Position numbers and translations under genes: made by a program
Assembly (NCBI RefSeq): GCF_000195955.2
Contig: NC_000962.3
Coordinates: forward strand, 3,300,001 to 3,332,000
Direction: 5' to 3'
DNA: 32,000 bases
Origin: Mycobacterium tuberculosis H37Rv
Lineage (GTDB): Bacteria > Actinomycetota > Actinomycetes > Mycobacteriales > Mycobacteriaceae
Shown here: one piece after another, positions 10,714 to 19,662 of the stretch
Numbering within the stretch: the first letter of the stretch is position 1
Layout of the letters: each line of letters begins with the position of its first letter
Notes under the pieces: model-generated
Told to the model about the DNA's origin: nothing
What the model saw: only the letters and a program-made list of their open reading frames with translations
Database searches by the model: none

Positions 10714-12000
10714 TTAGCAGACGAGCCGCAGCGCACTTTCGATGTGCTGCGGGAATCCGGCAAAGTCTGGTCCGAAGGCTTCGGCAAGCCGCCGGGCGGC
10801 TTGTCGGAACTCGGCCCCACTGAGCACCTGCTTTACGGCTGCCGCCACGCCTTCAGTGTTGAGCCGCTCGGTTCGCAGGAGAACGCCGGCGCCGGCCCGC
10901 TCAAGGGCCTCCATGTTCAAGTGCTGGTCCATGTTGCTGGGGAGCCCGATCACCGGCACCCCGGCCGCCAACGCCTGCTGCGTCGTCGGGCTGCCGCCGT
11001 TGCAGAGCACCACGGCGGAGCGCGCTGCAGCCGCTTCGCCCGGCAGGTAGTCCGCGACGAAGGCGTTGGCCGGCACGTTCTTCAGGTGGTTCCGGCCAGC
11101 GGTGGCCGCGATCACCGTGACGGGTAAATCGGCCAGGGCGTTCAAAACCACCTGCAACAGGTTCTTTCCGCCGGAACTGCCGAGGGTCGCATAAATAATC
11201 GGCCGGTCTGTCGGCAGCGAGTGCCACCAAGTCGGCGGTTTTACGTCGGGCGACCACAGGACGGGTCCGAGATATCGATGGTTGGCCGGCAGGTTGTATG
11301 TCGGCACCAGCTCGGGTACGTCGGCATACAGGGTGTAGTCACCGTCGGTGAAAATGCGGCACAAATCCCAGCCCAGACTCGACAGCCCGTGCTTCCGGCG
11401 GAGCCAGTTGAGCGGGAGACAATAGAGGGCAAAGATCAACGGACGGTACAGGCGGTACAGGATGCTGACCGGCCTGACCCCGAAGAAGCGGGTCCACGGC
11501 ACGTCTGGCAGCGGAAACCGACGGCGGGCCTGAGGACTCCAGTAGGCGTTCGCGATGGCGATGTACGGAATGCCGGCTAGTCGGGCGCTGACCGAGAGCG
11601 AAAGACGGTTGTCACCGACGACTACGTCCGGTGCGATCTCGTTCAGGATCTTCCTGTCAGCCGCGATGTATTTGCGCAACGTCCGCGTGTTGTAGAAGAG
11701 GCGGCCCTGAGCGATTTTAAGGAGAACCTCCTCGCTGGGGACGGTGTGAATCGGGTGATGTGGGAACGGGAGCGGGCCCAAAAGCTTATTGAACCGCGGG
11801 TCGCAGGCAAAGTGGACCTCATAACGACTCGGGTCCAGCGACCGCGCCAACACGAACGGCCGGACGACGTGGGCCAGGGTCGCGGCCTCCCCTACAAACA
11901 GGATCCGTTGCCTGCGAGCGACAGGCTCCGGTGCGGCGTTGGGCGCCGTGCTCGTCCCAGCGTCCGGTCCCGGGTCGCCGGCGACGCTTGTTTCCTCCAT
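10714..12000 (-). CDS. GT1-family glycosyltransferase (PGL glycosylation), Rv2958c-like
   Basis: 428-aa ORF: [42 protein letters not shown] and [46 protein letters not shown]. Confidence 0.93.
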   Translation of the reverse strand: MEETSVAGDPGPDAGTSTAPNAAPEPVARRQRILFVGEAATLAHVVRPFVLARSLDPSRYEVHFACDPRFNKLLGPLPFPHHPIHTVPSEEVLLKIAQGRLFYNTRTLRKYIAADRKILNEIAPDVVVGDNRLSLSVSARLAGIPYIAIANAYWSPQARRRFPLPDVPWTRFFGVRPVSILYRLYRPLIFALYCLPLNWLRRKHGLSSLGWDLCRIFTDGDYTLYADVPELVPTYNLPANHRYLGPVLWSPDVKPPTWWHSLPTDRPIIYATLGSSGGKNLLQVVLNALADLPVTVIAATAGRNHLKNVPANAFVADYLPGEAAAARSAVVLCNGGSPTTQQALAAGVPVIGLPSNMDQHLNMEALERAGAGVLLRTERLNTEGVAAAVKQVLSGAEFRQAARRLAEAFGPDFAGFPQHIESALRLVC

Positions 12001-12100
12001 ACTCGCCCCCTAATCTCGAGGCAGCCCGTACCCGCAGGCAACCTCCCAAAAATGCAATCCCCCAAAATGCAATGCGTCGAGCTATTTCTCACACCGACCG

Positions 12101-12838
12101 CTAGTTGCGGATCAGAAATCCGTTGGGCGCGGAAGTCCAGCCGAATTTGTTCTCCCGCTCCGCATCATGCTTGTAATCGTTTGGAAATTCATCCTCATAT
12201 GCCTCGATCGCTTCATAGGGTCCAGGCCCAAACCCGGGCAGGACTGGGTGGCCGTTGATGTTGGAATCCTCGACTACTAGGTAGTCACCGGCGGAGAGTA
12301 GCGGCCGTAGTAATTTCATCTCGGCCAGCACATGATTCATCGAGTGGTCGCTATCTAAGATGGCGAAGATCTTGCCAGGGTATTCGTTTTTGAGGCGTTG
12401 AATTTGTTCGGCAATCGCCGGGTCGGTGGATGACGATTCAACGAACAAAACATCTGGTTCGCGCCGGGCTCTTGGATCGAGGGCTTTGTGTGAGTTGTCC
12501 ACGGTAAGTACCTTGAATGGCTGGCCGATCTGCCTCATGATGTTGGCAAAATACACCGCCGAGCCGCCGTAGCGGGTGCCGAACTCGATGACGAGGGATG
12601 GTTGCAACTCGCTCAGGATCTCCTGGTAATTCCACATATCGCTGACGGATTTCCAGCAATTGATCCCCATATAAGTGGTCTTCGTCCACACTAAGTTGCC
12701 GTAGTACCACTTGTGGTATTCTTCCGCCACTGCGTCGCTCGGCCGGTAGAATAACTGGGCCGCAAAACTCGCCACTAACCTGACTAGTCCGATCAGTTGC
12801 CCTACAAGACTAGTCCGACTGCGCCACACTAGCCCCAT
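12101..12838 (-). CDS. TylF/cephalosporin hydroxylase-like SAM methyltransferase (rhamnosyl 2-O-methyltransferase), Rv2959c-like
   Basis: 245-aa ORF with LVIEFGTRYGGSAVYFANIMRQ and GKIFAILDSDHSMNHVLAEMKLLRPLLSAGDYLVVEDSNI. Confidence 0.9.
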   Translation of the reverse strand: MGLVWRSRTSLVGQLIGLVRLVASFAAQLFYRPSDAVAEEYHKWYYGNLVWTKTTYMGINCWKSVSDMWNYQEILSELQPSLVIEFGTRYGGSAVYFANIMRQIGQPFKVLTVDNSHKALDPRARREPDVLFVESSSTDPAIAEQIQRLKNEYPGKIFAILDSDHSMNHVLAEMKLLRPLLSAGDYLVVEDSNINGHPVLPGFGPGPYEAIEAYEDEFPNDYKHDAERENKFGWTSAPNGFLIRN

Positions 12839-12899
12839 TCCATCATCTCCTCACTGCGAAACCGTAGTCAGTCGAATGTTGGTCATTTAGCAAGCCTCT

Positions 12900-13124
12900 T
12901 TAAGAGAACTGATGAGGTCGAAGCGGACTCAATACATGGCTGCGGCAATTCGTTAGACCGCGTTCGCGCCCACGTTGTGAGCTCCGCGCGCCGCATCCTT
13001 GGGGCTCGGTGCCGGGCATACGCGACCCAGCTTGCGGCTGAGCATCTTCTGGACACCGCCACCGCACGGCGGATGGTAGCAACAGATTGGGGTTACCCTC
13101 AAACCGCGGGTTATGGACTGCCAA
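12900..13124 (-). CDS. Doubtful small hypothetical ORF, possibly corresponding to annotated Rv2960c
   Basis: 74-aa ORF with no recognisable domain, in a region of decayed mobile DNA. Confidence 0.2.
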   Translation of the reverse strand: MAVHNPRFEGNPNLLLPSAVRWRCPEDAQPQAGSRMPGTEPQGCGARSSQRGRERGLTNCRSHVLSPLRPHQFS

Positions 13125-13182
13125 AGGTAGCCAGCTTGTCCTGCTCGCGGTGACAGCGCAACCACGGGTAGTGACACTACCG

Positions 13183-13672
13183 CCGTGGCGTTCCTCCCCA
13201 CGGCAGAAGGCCGGGGCCGGTCGAGTTCGGGCACAAGCCCCAGATCGTCGACAACGACGATGGCATCGTCCTGGATCACACCGTGGAGCACGGCAATCCG
13301 CATGACGCGCCGCAGCTAGCGCCCGCGGTCGAACGGATCACCACACGCGCCGGACGCCCGCCCGGCACCGTCACCGCCGACCGCGGCTACGGCGAGAAAC
13401 GCGTCGAAGATGACCTGCACGACCTCGGTGTACGTACGGTCGCGATACCGCGTAAAGGCAGACCCTCCCAGGCCCGGCGCGCCGAAGAACAACGGCCATC
13501 GTTCCGACGAACAGTCAAGTGGCGCACCGGCAGCGAAGGCCGCATCAGCACCCTCAAACGAAACTACGGTTGGAACCGCTCCTGCATCGACGGCACCGAA
13601 GGAACCCGGATCTGGACCAGGCACGGCATCCTCACCCACAACCTCATCAAGATCAGCAGCCTCGCAGCATGA
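13183..13672 (+). mobile_element. Truncated DDE-type transposase remnant, Rv2961-like (C-terminal portion)
   Basis: The track ORF 13283..13672 encodes TVTADRGYGEKRVEDDLHDLGVRTVAIPRKGRPSQARRAEEQRPSFRRTVKWRTGSEGRISTLKRNYGWNRSCIDGTEGTRIWTRHGILTHNLIKISSLAA. The same frame extends upstream with HGRRPGPVEFGHKPQIVDNDDGIVLDHTVEHGNPHDAPQLAPAVERIT. Confidence 0.8.
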
Positions 13673-13772
13673 CCCGGCTCCCAGAGCACGAAGCTCTGCC
13701 CCACCAACAGTCCGGCGGCATTCGCCCACAAACGACTCACTTAGTCGCCGTCACTTTTTCAGGTCGAAGTAA

Positions 13773-15122
13773 CTAGCTGGCCAACCATGTCCGGGGCCGG
13801 TTCTCCGGCATGAGGCGCAGAGCATTCTCCACATGCTGCGGGAATCCAACGCGGTCTCGTCCGAAGGCATCGGCGAGTCGCGCGGCGGCTTGTCGGTACT
13901 CGGACCGACTGATCACCTGCATCACGGCCCCTGCCACCCGCTGACTCTTCAGCCGCTCAGTTCGCAGCAGCACGCCCGCCCCGGCCCGCTCAACGGCCTC
14001 CATATTCAAGTGCTGATCGAGATTGCCCGCGACCCCGATCACCGGCACCCCGGCCACCAAGGCCTGCTGGGTCGTCAAACTCCCGCCATTGCAGACCACC
14101 ACGGCCGAGCGAGCCGCAGCGGCCTCACCCGGCAGGTAGTCCGCCACGAAGGCGTTGGCCGGCACGGTCTTCAGGTCACTGCGGCCCGCGGTGGCCGCGA
14201 TCACCGTCACCGGCAACTCAGCCAACGCGTTCAACACCAGTTGCAACAGATTTCTCCCGCCGGACGTGCCCAGGGTTGCGTACACGATCGGCCGGTCGGT
14301 TGGCAGCGAATCCCACCATGTCGGCGGCTTCCCGGCGGGCGACCACAGGACCGGGCCAAGGTACTCGTGGTTGGCCGGCAAGTCGTAGGTGGGCATCAGC
14401 TCGGGCACGTCAGCATACAGGGTGTGGTCCCCGTCGGTGAAAATGCGGCACAGGTTCCACCCCAGACTCGACAGCCCGTGCCTGCGGCGGACCCAGTTGA
14501 GCGGCATGCACTGCAGGGCGAAGAGCAAAGGGCGTTCCAGGCGGTAGAGGAGCTTGACCAACCTGACGCCGAACAAGCGGGTCCATATCACGTCGGGCAG
14601 CGGAAAACGCCGCTGCGCGTACGGACTCCAGTAGGCATTCGCGATCGCGATGTAAGGAATGCCGGCCAGTCGGGCGCTGACCGACAGTGAAATGCGAAGG
14701 TCACCGACGACGAGGTCCGGCGCGATCTCATCCAGGACCCGCAGGTCCGCCTCAACGTACTTCCGCAGCGTCCGCATGGCATAGAAACGACCCTGAGTCA
14801 GATTGCCGAAAAACCGCTCGCTGGGGATGGTGTGAATCGCATGGTGACGGAAAGGGAGCGGACCTAGAAGCTGGTTGTAGCGCGGGTCGCAGGCGAAGTG
14901 CACTTCATAACGACTAGGGTCCAGCGACTGCGCAAGCGCGAATGGCCGGACGACGTGAGCCAGGGTCACTGCTTCCGCGACGAAAAGGATCCGGCGCCTG
15001 CGTGCGGCAAGCCCAGGTGCGGCGTCCGGTGTCGTGCTGATGGCCGCGTCCCCTCTCACCTCGCTAGCAACCGGTGGCCCGCCCCACCTCGACGCCGTAG
15101 CGTACACGCACGACACGCGCAC
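13773..15122 (-). CDS. GT1-family glycosyltransferase (PGL rhamnosyltransferase), Rv2962c-like
   Basis: GTG start at 15122 ([15 protein letters not shown]..., 449 aa) chosen within the 508-aa open frame. The protein is strongly similar to the Rv2958c-like protein across its length. Confidence 0.9.
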
Positions 15123-15200
15123 TCGGGGAAAACCTCGGCAAGAGTGGGGCGGCGATACGTTTAGCGGCACCACTGCGCGGTCGTTGCCCACCCCGGTGAC

Positions 15201-15219
15201 TATACCCCCGGGTGGTATA
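15201..15219. promoter_or_regulatory. Candidate copper-responsive RicR/CsoR-type operator
   Basis: TATACC-CCCGGGT-GGTATA: perfect 6-bp inverted arms around a GC-rich core, 17 bp upstream of the GTG at 15236. The matching permease gene is a recalled RicR regulon member. Confidence 0.75.
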
Positions 15220-15235
15220 TGGTGGAGGGCAGAGC

Positions 15236-16456
15236 GTGACCTCAACCAAAGTGGAGGACCGAGTGACGGCAGCAGTGCTGGGAGCGATCGGGCACGCACT
15301 GGCGCTGACCGCGTCGATGACCTGGGAAATCCTGTGGGCGCTGATCCTGGGCTTCGCGCTGTCGGCGGTGGTTCAAGCCGTGGTGCGCCGCTCCACGATC
15401 GTCACGCTGCTCGGCGACGATCGGCCGCGCACCCTGGTAATCGCCACCGGCCTGGGCGCGGCCTCGTCGTCGTGCTCGTATGCCGCGGTGGCTTTGGCTC
15501 GGTCACTATTCCGCAAAGGGGCCAACTTCACTGCCGCTATGGCGTTCGAGATCGGTTCCACCAACCTCGTGGTGGAGTTGGGCATCATCCTGGCCCTGCT
15601 GATGGGCTGGCAGTTCACCGCCGCCGAGTTCGTTGGCGGTCCAATAATGATCCTTGTCCTGGCCGTGTTGTTCCGGTTGTTCGTCGGCGCCCGGCTCATC
15701 GACGCCGCCCGGGAACAGGCCGAACGGGGACTCGCAGGCTCGATGGAAGGCCATGCCGCCATGGACATGTCCATCAAGCGGGAAGGCTCATTTTGGCGAC
15801 GACTCCTTTCCCCACCGGGATTTACCTCCATCGCCCATGTGTTCGTGATGGAGTGGTTGGCGATCCTGCGCGACCTCATTCTCGGGCTGCTGATCGCCGG
15901 TGCTATCGCGGCATGGGTACCCGAATCGTTCTGGCAGAGCTTCTTTTTAGCCAATCATCCGGCCTGGTCGGCGGTCTGGGGTCCGATCATAGGACCCATC
16001 GTGGCCATCGTTTCGTTTGTTTGCTCGATCGGCAACGTGCCACTTGCCGCGGTGCTGTGGAACGGAGGCATCAGCTTCGGCGGGGTCATCGCGTTCATCT
16101 TCGCCGACCTACTGATACTGCCGATCCTGAATATCTACCGTAAATACTATGGCGCCAGGATGATGCTGGTGCTGCTCGGCACCTTCTACGCATCGATGGT
16201 CGTCGCTGGCTATCTCATCGAACTTCTCTTCGGTACAACGAATCTCATCCCGAGCCAGCGCAGCGCTACGGTCATGACCGCAGAAATATCGTGGAACTAC
16301 ACCACCTGGCTCAACGTCATCTTTCTGGTGATCGCGGCGGCCTTGGTGGTCCGATTCATCACATCGGGCGGTCTCCCGATGCTACGCATGATGGGCGGCT
16401 CACCGGATGCCCCGCATGACCACCATGACCGCCACGACGATCACCTCGGCCACTAG
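15236..16456 (+). CDS. Integral membrane permease (DUF318/YraQ-like permease family), Rv2963-like
   Basis: 406-aa frame with repeated hydrophobic segments. The track start at 15212 lies inside the palindrome, so GTG 15236 is preferred. Confidence 0.85.
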   Translation: MTSTKVEDRVTAAVLGAIGHALALTASMTWEILWALILGFALSAVVQAVVRRSTIVTLLGDDRPRTLVIATGLGAASSSCSYAAVALARSLFRKGANFTAAMAFEIGSTNLVVELGIILALLMGWQFTAAEFVGGPIMILVLAVLFRLFVGARLIDAAREQAERGLAGSMEGHAAMDMSIKREGSFWRRLLSPPGFTSIAHVFVMEWLAILRDLILGLLIAGAIAAWVPESFWQSFFLANHPAWSAVWGPIIGPIVAIVSFVCSIGNVPLAAVLWNGGISFGGVIAFIFADLLILPILNIYRKYYGARMMLVLLGTFYASMVVAGYLIELLFGTTNLIPSQRSATVMTAEISWNYTTWLNVIFLVIAAALVVRFITSGGLPMLRMMGGSPDAPHDHHDRHDDHLGH

Positions 16457-16528
16457 CGCCACCACGCCGATCAGTCGGCGCCGAAAAGGCCACCGGCGGC
16501 GGTATCCTGGCCTGCGGGTATTCCACCC

Positions 16529-17461
16529 ATGGGCAAAGGGAGCATGACCGCGCACGCAACGCCGAACGAGCCGGATTATCCGCCACCGCCTGGCGGTCCA
16601 CCGCCGCCGGCCGATATTGGCCGGTTACTGCTTCGGTGCCACGACCGCCCTGGAATCATCGCCGCGGTGAGCACCTTCCTGGCCCGGGCCGGCGCCAACA
16701 TCATTTCTCTGGACCAGCACTCCACCGCGCCGGAGGGCGGAACGTTCTTGCAGCGCGCAATCTTTCACCTGCCCGGTCTCACGGCCGCCGTCGACGAACT
16801 GCAGCGCGACTTCGGCAGCACTGTGGCGGACAAGTTCGGCATCGACTACCGATTTGCCGAAGCAGCCAAGCCTAAGCGGGTCGCAATCATGGCATCGACA
16901 GAGGACCACTGCTTGCTGGACTTGTTGTGGCGCAACCGTCGCGGCGAGCTAGAAATGTCGGTTGTCATGGTGATTGCCAATCATCCTGACCTGGCCGCGC
17001 ACGTACGCCCGTTCGGTGTGCCATTCATACATATTCCCGCCACTCGCGACACTCGTACGGAAGCCGAACAGCGTCAGCTTCAGTTGCTAAGCGGCAATGT
17101 GGATTTAGTAGTGCTGGCACGCTACATGCAGATACTCAGCCCGGGGTTCTTGGAGGCGATCGGCTGCCCGCTGATCAACATTCACCATTCGTTCCTTCCA
17201 GCCTTCACCGGCGCGGCCCCGTACCAGCGCGCACGAGAACGCGGCGTCAAACTGATCGGCGCGACCGCCCACTACGTGACCGAAGTTCTCGACGAGGGGC
17301 CCATCATCGAACAAGACGTCGTTCGTGTCGACCACACCCACACCGTCGATGATCTGGTGCGTGTCGGCGCCGACGTCGAACGCGCAGTGCTTTCCCGCGC
17401 CGTGCTCTGGCACTGCCAAGACCGCGTCATCGTGCATCACAACCAGACCATCGTCTTCTGA
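16529..17461 (+). CDS. purU: Formyltetrahydrofolate deformylase
   Basis: 310-aa ORF with an N-terminal ACT-like region (RLLLRCHDRPGIIAAVSTFLARAGANIISLDQHST) and formyltransferase motif INIHHSFLPAFTGAAPYQRARERGVKLIGATAHYVTEVLDEGPIIEQD. Confidence 0.96.
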   Translation: MGKGSMTAHATPNEPDYPPPPGGPPPPADIGRLLLRCHDRPGIIAAVSTFLARAGANIISLDQHSTAPEGGTFLQRAIFHLPGLTAAVDELQRDFGSTVADKFGIDYRFAEAAKPKRVAIMASTEDHCLLDLLWRNRRGELEMSVVMVIANHPDLAAHVRPFGVPFIHIPATRDTRTEAEQRQLQLLSGNVDLVVLARYMQILSPGFLEAIGCPLINIHHSFLPAFTGAAPYQRARERGVKLIGATAHYVTEVLDEGPIIEQDVVRVDHTHTVDDLVRVGADVERAVLSRAVLWHCQDRVIVHHNQTIVF

Positions 17462-18100
17462 CATGGGTGACTGCGCGCGTTGCGGTCAACTTCTTGGTGC
17501 CCATGATGGTCACGGCGTCGACTGGCCGTTTCGGCGCCGTCGCCCAGCGTGAACTGAGGGCGGAAAATCGGCTGGCCCGAATCTCGCCCCCAGTGCACGC
17601 TCGGCGCCGTTTGGCCTCACCCGGTCAACGTGAACTGTCCGGGTGGGCGCTGTCACGTAGCGAGCCCACGTGGGGCCGGGGTCGGCCCGCCAAAAACGCC
17701 CCGGCGCGGCCAGCTCATGAGCGAGTACGCAAGCTCAAGGGACACCCGCTTTGCACTGTGGAAGAACCCCGAAGACCTGGCCTGCGGCAGGTGCGGTCAA
17801 AGGAGCGGAGTGTAGACAGGACCGGTGGGTCTGCTCAGCGCGGCCCCGAATTAGGACAATTTTCGCACCTAGCGCATCCAATATCGCTTTCGAAGAACGT
17901 TCACGCCAGTCCCACTGGGCCGGTGCGAATGGTGCAACGCGCCTTTCGTCGAAGGAAACGCCGTCCGCCACCGAGCCCGCGCTAGGCAAGTCGGTCCCAA
18001 GAACGTCGCAAGGATACGCCAAGCGGCCGCGGTCAATCTTGACTTGTCGGCCACCGCCGGCAAACCAACATTCAGCCACAACGCGACAGAGAGGTACCCA

Positions 18101-18286
18101 ATGTTCACTGCCCGTATCCGCGCCCTCGCCGGCATGTCTCTGCTAGCCTCGGCGATCGGACTGGCGGCCTTCGGAGCCGCTACCGGCACCGCCAATGCCG
18201 CCCCGACCCACCAACCCGAGTGGGGCACCTACACCTGCTACGACTACGCAACCCAGACGTTCTACGAGTGCTTTGACCCCAGCTAG
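18101..18286 (+). CDS. Putative small secreted peptide (61-aa precursor)
   Basis: MFTARIRALAGMSLLASAIGLAAFGAATGTANAAPTHQPEWGTYTCYDYATQTFYECFDPS: Sec-type signal ending ANA, two Cys in the mature part, purine-rich agagagg upstream of the ATG. The track ORF extends to 18044. Confidence 0.6.
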   Translation: MFTARIRALAGMSLLASAIGLAAFGAATGTANAAPTHQPEWGTYTCYDYATQTFYECFDPS

Positions 18287-18308
18287 TCGGCGAAGGCCTC
18301 ACACGATC

Positions 18309-18337
18309 GGACCTAGTCCCGCAAAGGAGCTAGGTCC
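18309..18337. terminator. Hairpin between convergent genes (possible bidirectional terminator)
   Basis: GGACCTAG-TCCCGCAAAGGAG-CTAGGTCC: perfect 8-bp arms with a 13-nt loop between the small ORF end (18286) and coaD. It includes the coaD stop codon (18330-18332). No U-tract is evident. Confidence 0.5.
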
Positions 18338-18815
18338 GTTCGGTGTTGAGCCTGTCCCGCAGCCGGCGATTCACCGGTTCGGGCAGCAACTCGGACACGT
18401 CACCGCCCAGCATCGCGACTTCTTTGGCCAGTGAGGACGACACGAACGAATACCGTGGCGCGGTCGCGACGAAAAAGGTGTCCACACCGGCAATGTGTTT
18501 GTTCATTTGCGCCATCTGCAGCTCGTATTCGAAGTCGGTGCCGGTGCGCAGCCCCTTCACGATCGCGGTCATCCCGCAAGACCTGACAAAGTCGACCACC
18601 AAGCCATGCCCGACCTGCACGCGCAGATTGGGCAGGTGCGTTGTCGACTCCTTGACCATCGCGATCCGCTCGTCGAGGTCGAACATGCCCGTCTTTGCAG
18701 GGTTGACCAGGATGGCAACCACCACCTCGTCGAATTGGGCTGCGGCGCGTTCGAAAATGTCGACGTGGCCTAACGTCACCGGGTCAAATGACCCTGGGCA
18801 TACCGCGCCCGTCAT
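18330..18815 (-). CDS. coaD: Phosphopantetheine adenylyltransferase
   Basis: 161-aa ORF: [35 protein letters not shown] and [31 protein letters not shown]. Confidence 0.97.
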
Positions 18816-18887
18816 CTGCGCCGCTCCTCCTCATCGCTGCGTCCCCCGCAAGCGGGCACGGCCCCCACCGCATCGTCGCCGGCGGTC
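18816..18887. repeat. Dispersed partial copy of the intergenic repeat at 19469-19657
   Basis: TGCGCCGCTCCTCCTCATCGCTGCGTCCCCCGCAAGCGGGCACGGCCCCCACCGCATCGTCGCCGGCGGT closely parallels the later repeat. Confidence 0.7.
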
Positions 18888-18900
18888 ATGACCGATGACG

Positions 18901-19467
18901 CTACACGTTGGCAAAAAGCCGTTCGGCCAGTTCCAAACGGGTGTCGCCGTAAACACGCTGGGGCCATCGGCGCCAGCCCTCCGGCCACGTCAACGGCGCG
19001 CACGTGGTCGCACGCTCCACCACCGCTACGGTTCCCTCGCGCGTCCAGCCGTTGGTGCCCAGTGCGGCCAGGATGGCGTCAACGTCGGCGGAGTCGACGT
19101 TGTAGGGCGGGTCGGCCAACACCAGATCCACCGGGGACGTGGTCCCGGCCGCCACGACGGCCGCCACCGCGCCCCGGCGCAGCGTCGCACCGGAGAGACC
19201 TAGGGCCTCGATGTTGCGCGCAATGACGGCCGCGCTGCGCTGGTCGGACTCCACGAACAGCACGGACGCCGCTCCCCGCGACAACGCCTCCAGCCCCAGG
19301 GCGCCGGAACCCGCATAGAGGTCCAACACCGCCAGACCGGTCAGATCCCGCCGCGCAGTCACGATGTTGAATAGCGACTCGCGCACCCGATCGGTGGTAG
19401 GTCTGGTTCCGCGTGGTGGGACGGCAATGCGCCGGCCTCCGGCGACACCGCCGATGATCCGGGTCAA
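18901..19467 (-). CDS. rsmD: 16S rRNA (guanine966-N2)-methyltransferase RsmD family
   Basis: [66 protein letters not shown] and [16 protein letters not shown] start at 19467; a frame-consistent ATG at 19488 lies in the adjacent repeat. Confidence 0.93.
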
Positions 19468-19468
19468 G

Positions 19469-19657
19469 TGCGCCGCTCTCCCTCGCAAGCGGGCGGTACC
19501 CCCACCTCATCGCTTCGTCCCCCGCAAGCGGGCGGTACCCCCACTGCATCGTCGCCGGCGGTGCTCATCTGCGCCGCTCCTCCGCAAGCGGGCGGTACCC
19601 CCACCTCATCGCTTCGTCCCCCGCAAGCAGGCGGTACCCCCACTGCATCGTCGCCGG
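19469..19657. repeat. Compound tandem repeat: about two 99-101 bp units, each with a 39-bp-spaced sub-repeat
   Basis: CGCAAGCGGGCGGTACCCCCAC or a one-base variant begins at about 19484, 19523, 19583 and 19622. Larger units are linked by TGCGCCGCTC and TGCATCGTCGCCGG. Confidence 0.85.
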
Positions 19658-19662
19658 GGCGG

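Noticed and set aside
15155-15220. Possible divergent operator also controlling the Rv2962c-like glycosyltransferase
   Set aside because: The glycosyltransferase start at 15122 does face this region, but I have no evidence of a divergent promoter or of copper regulation of PGL genes.
15034-16143. 369-aa plus-strand ORF overlapping the permease in another frame
   Set aside because: Composition is Arg/Pro/Gly-rich with no domain-like motifs, and it crosses the palindrome and permease start. It is typical shadow ORF behaviour in high-GC DNA.
19480-19657. Possible CRISPR array
   Set aside because: Repeats are nested and spacers are not unique; sub-repeat spacing alternates and intervening sequence repeats with the larger unit. 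No cas genes are nearby.
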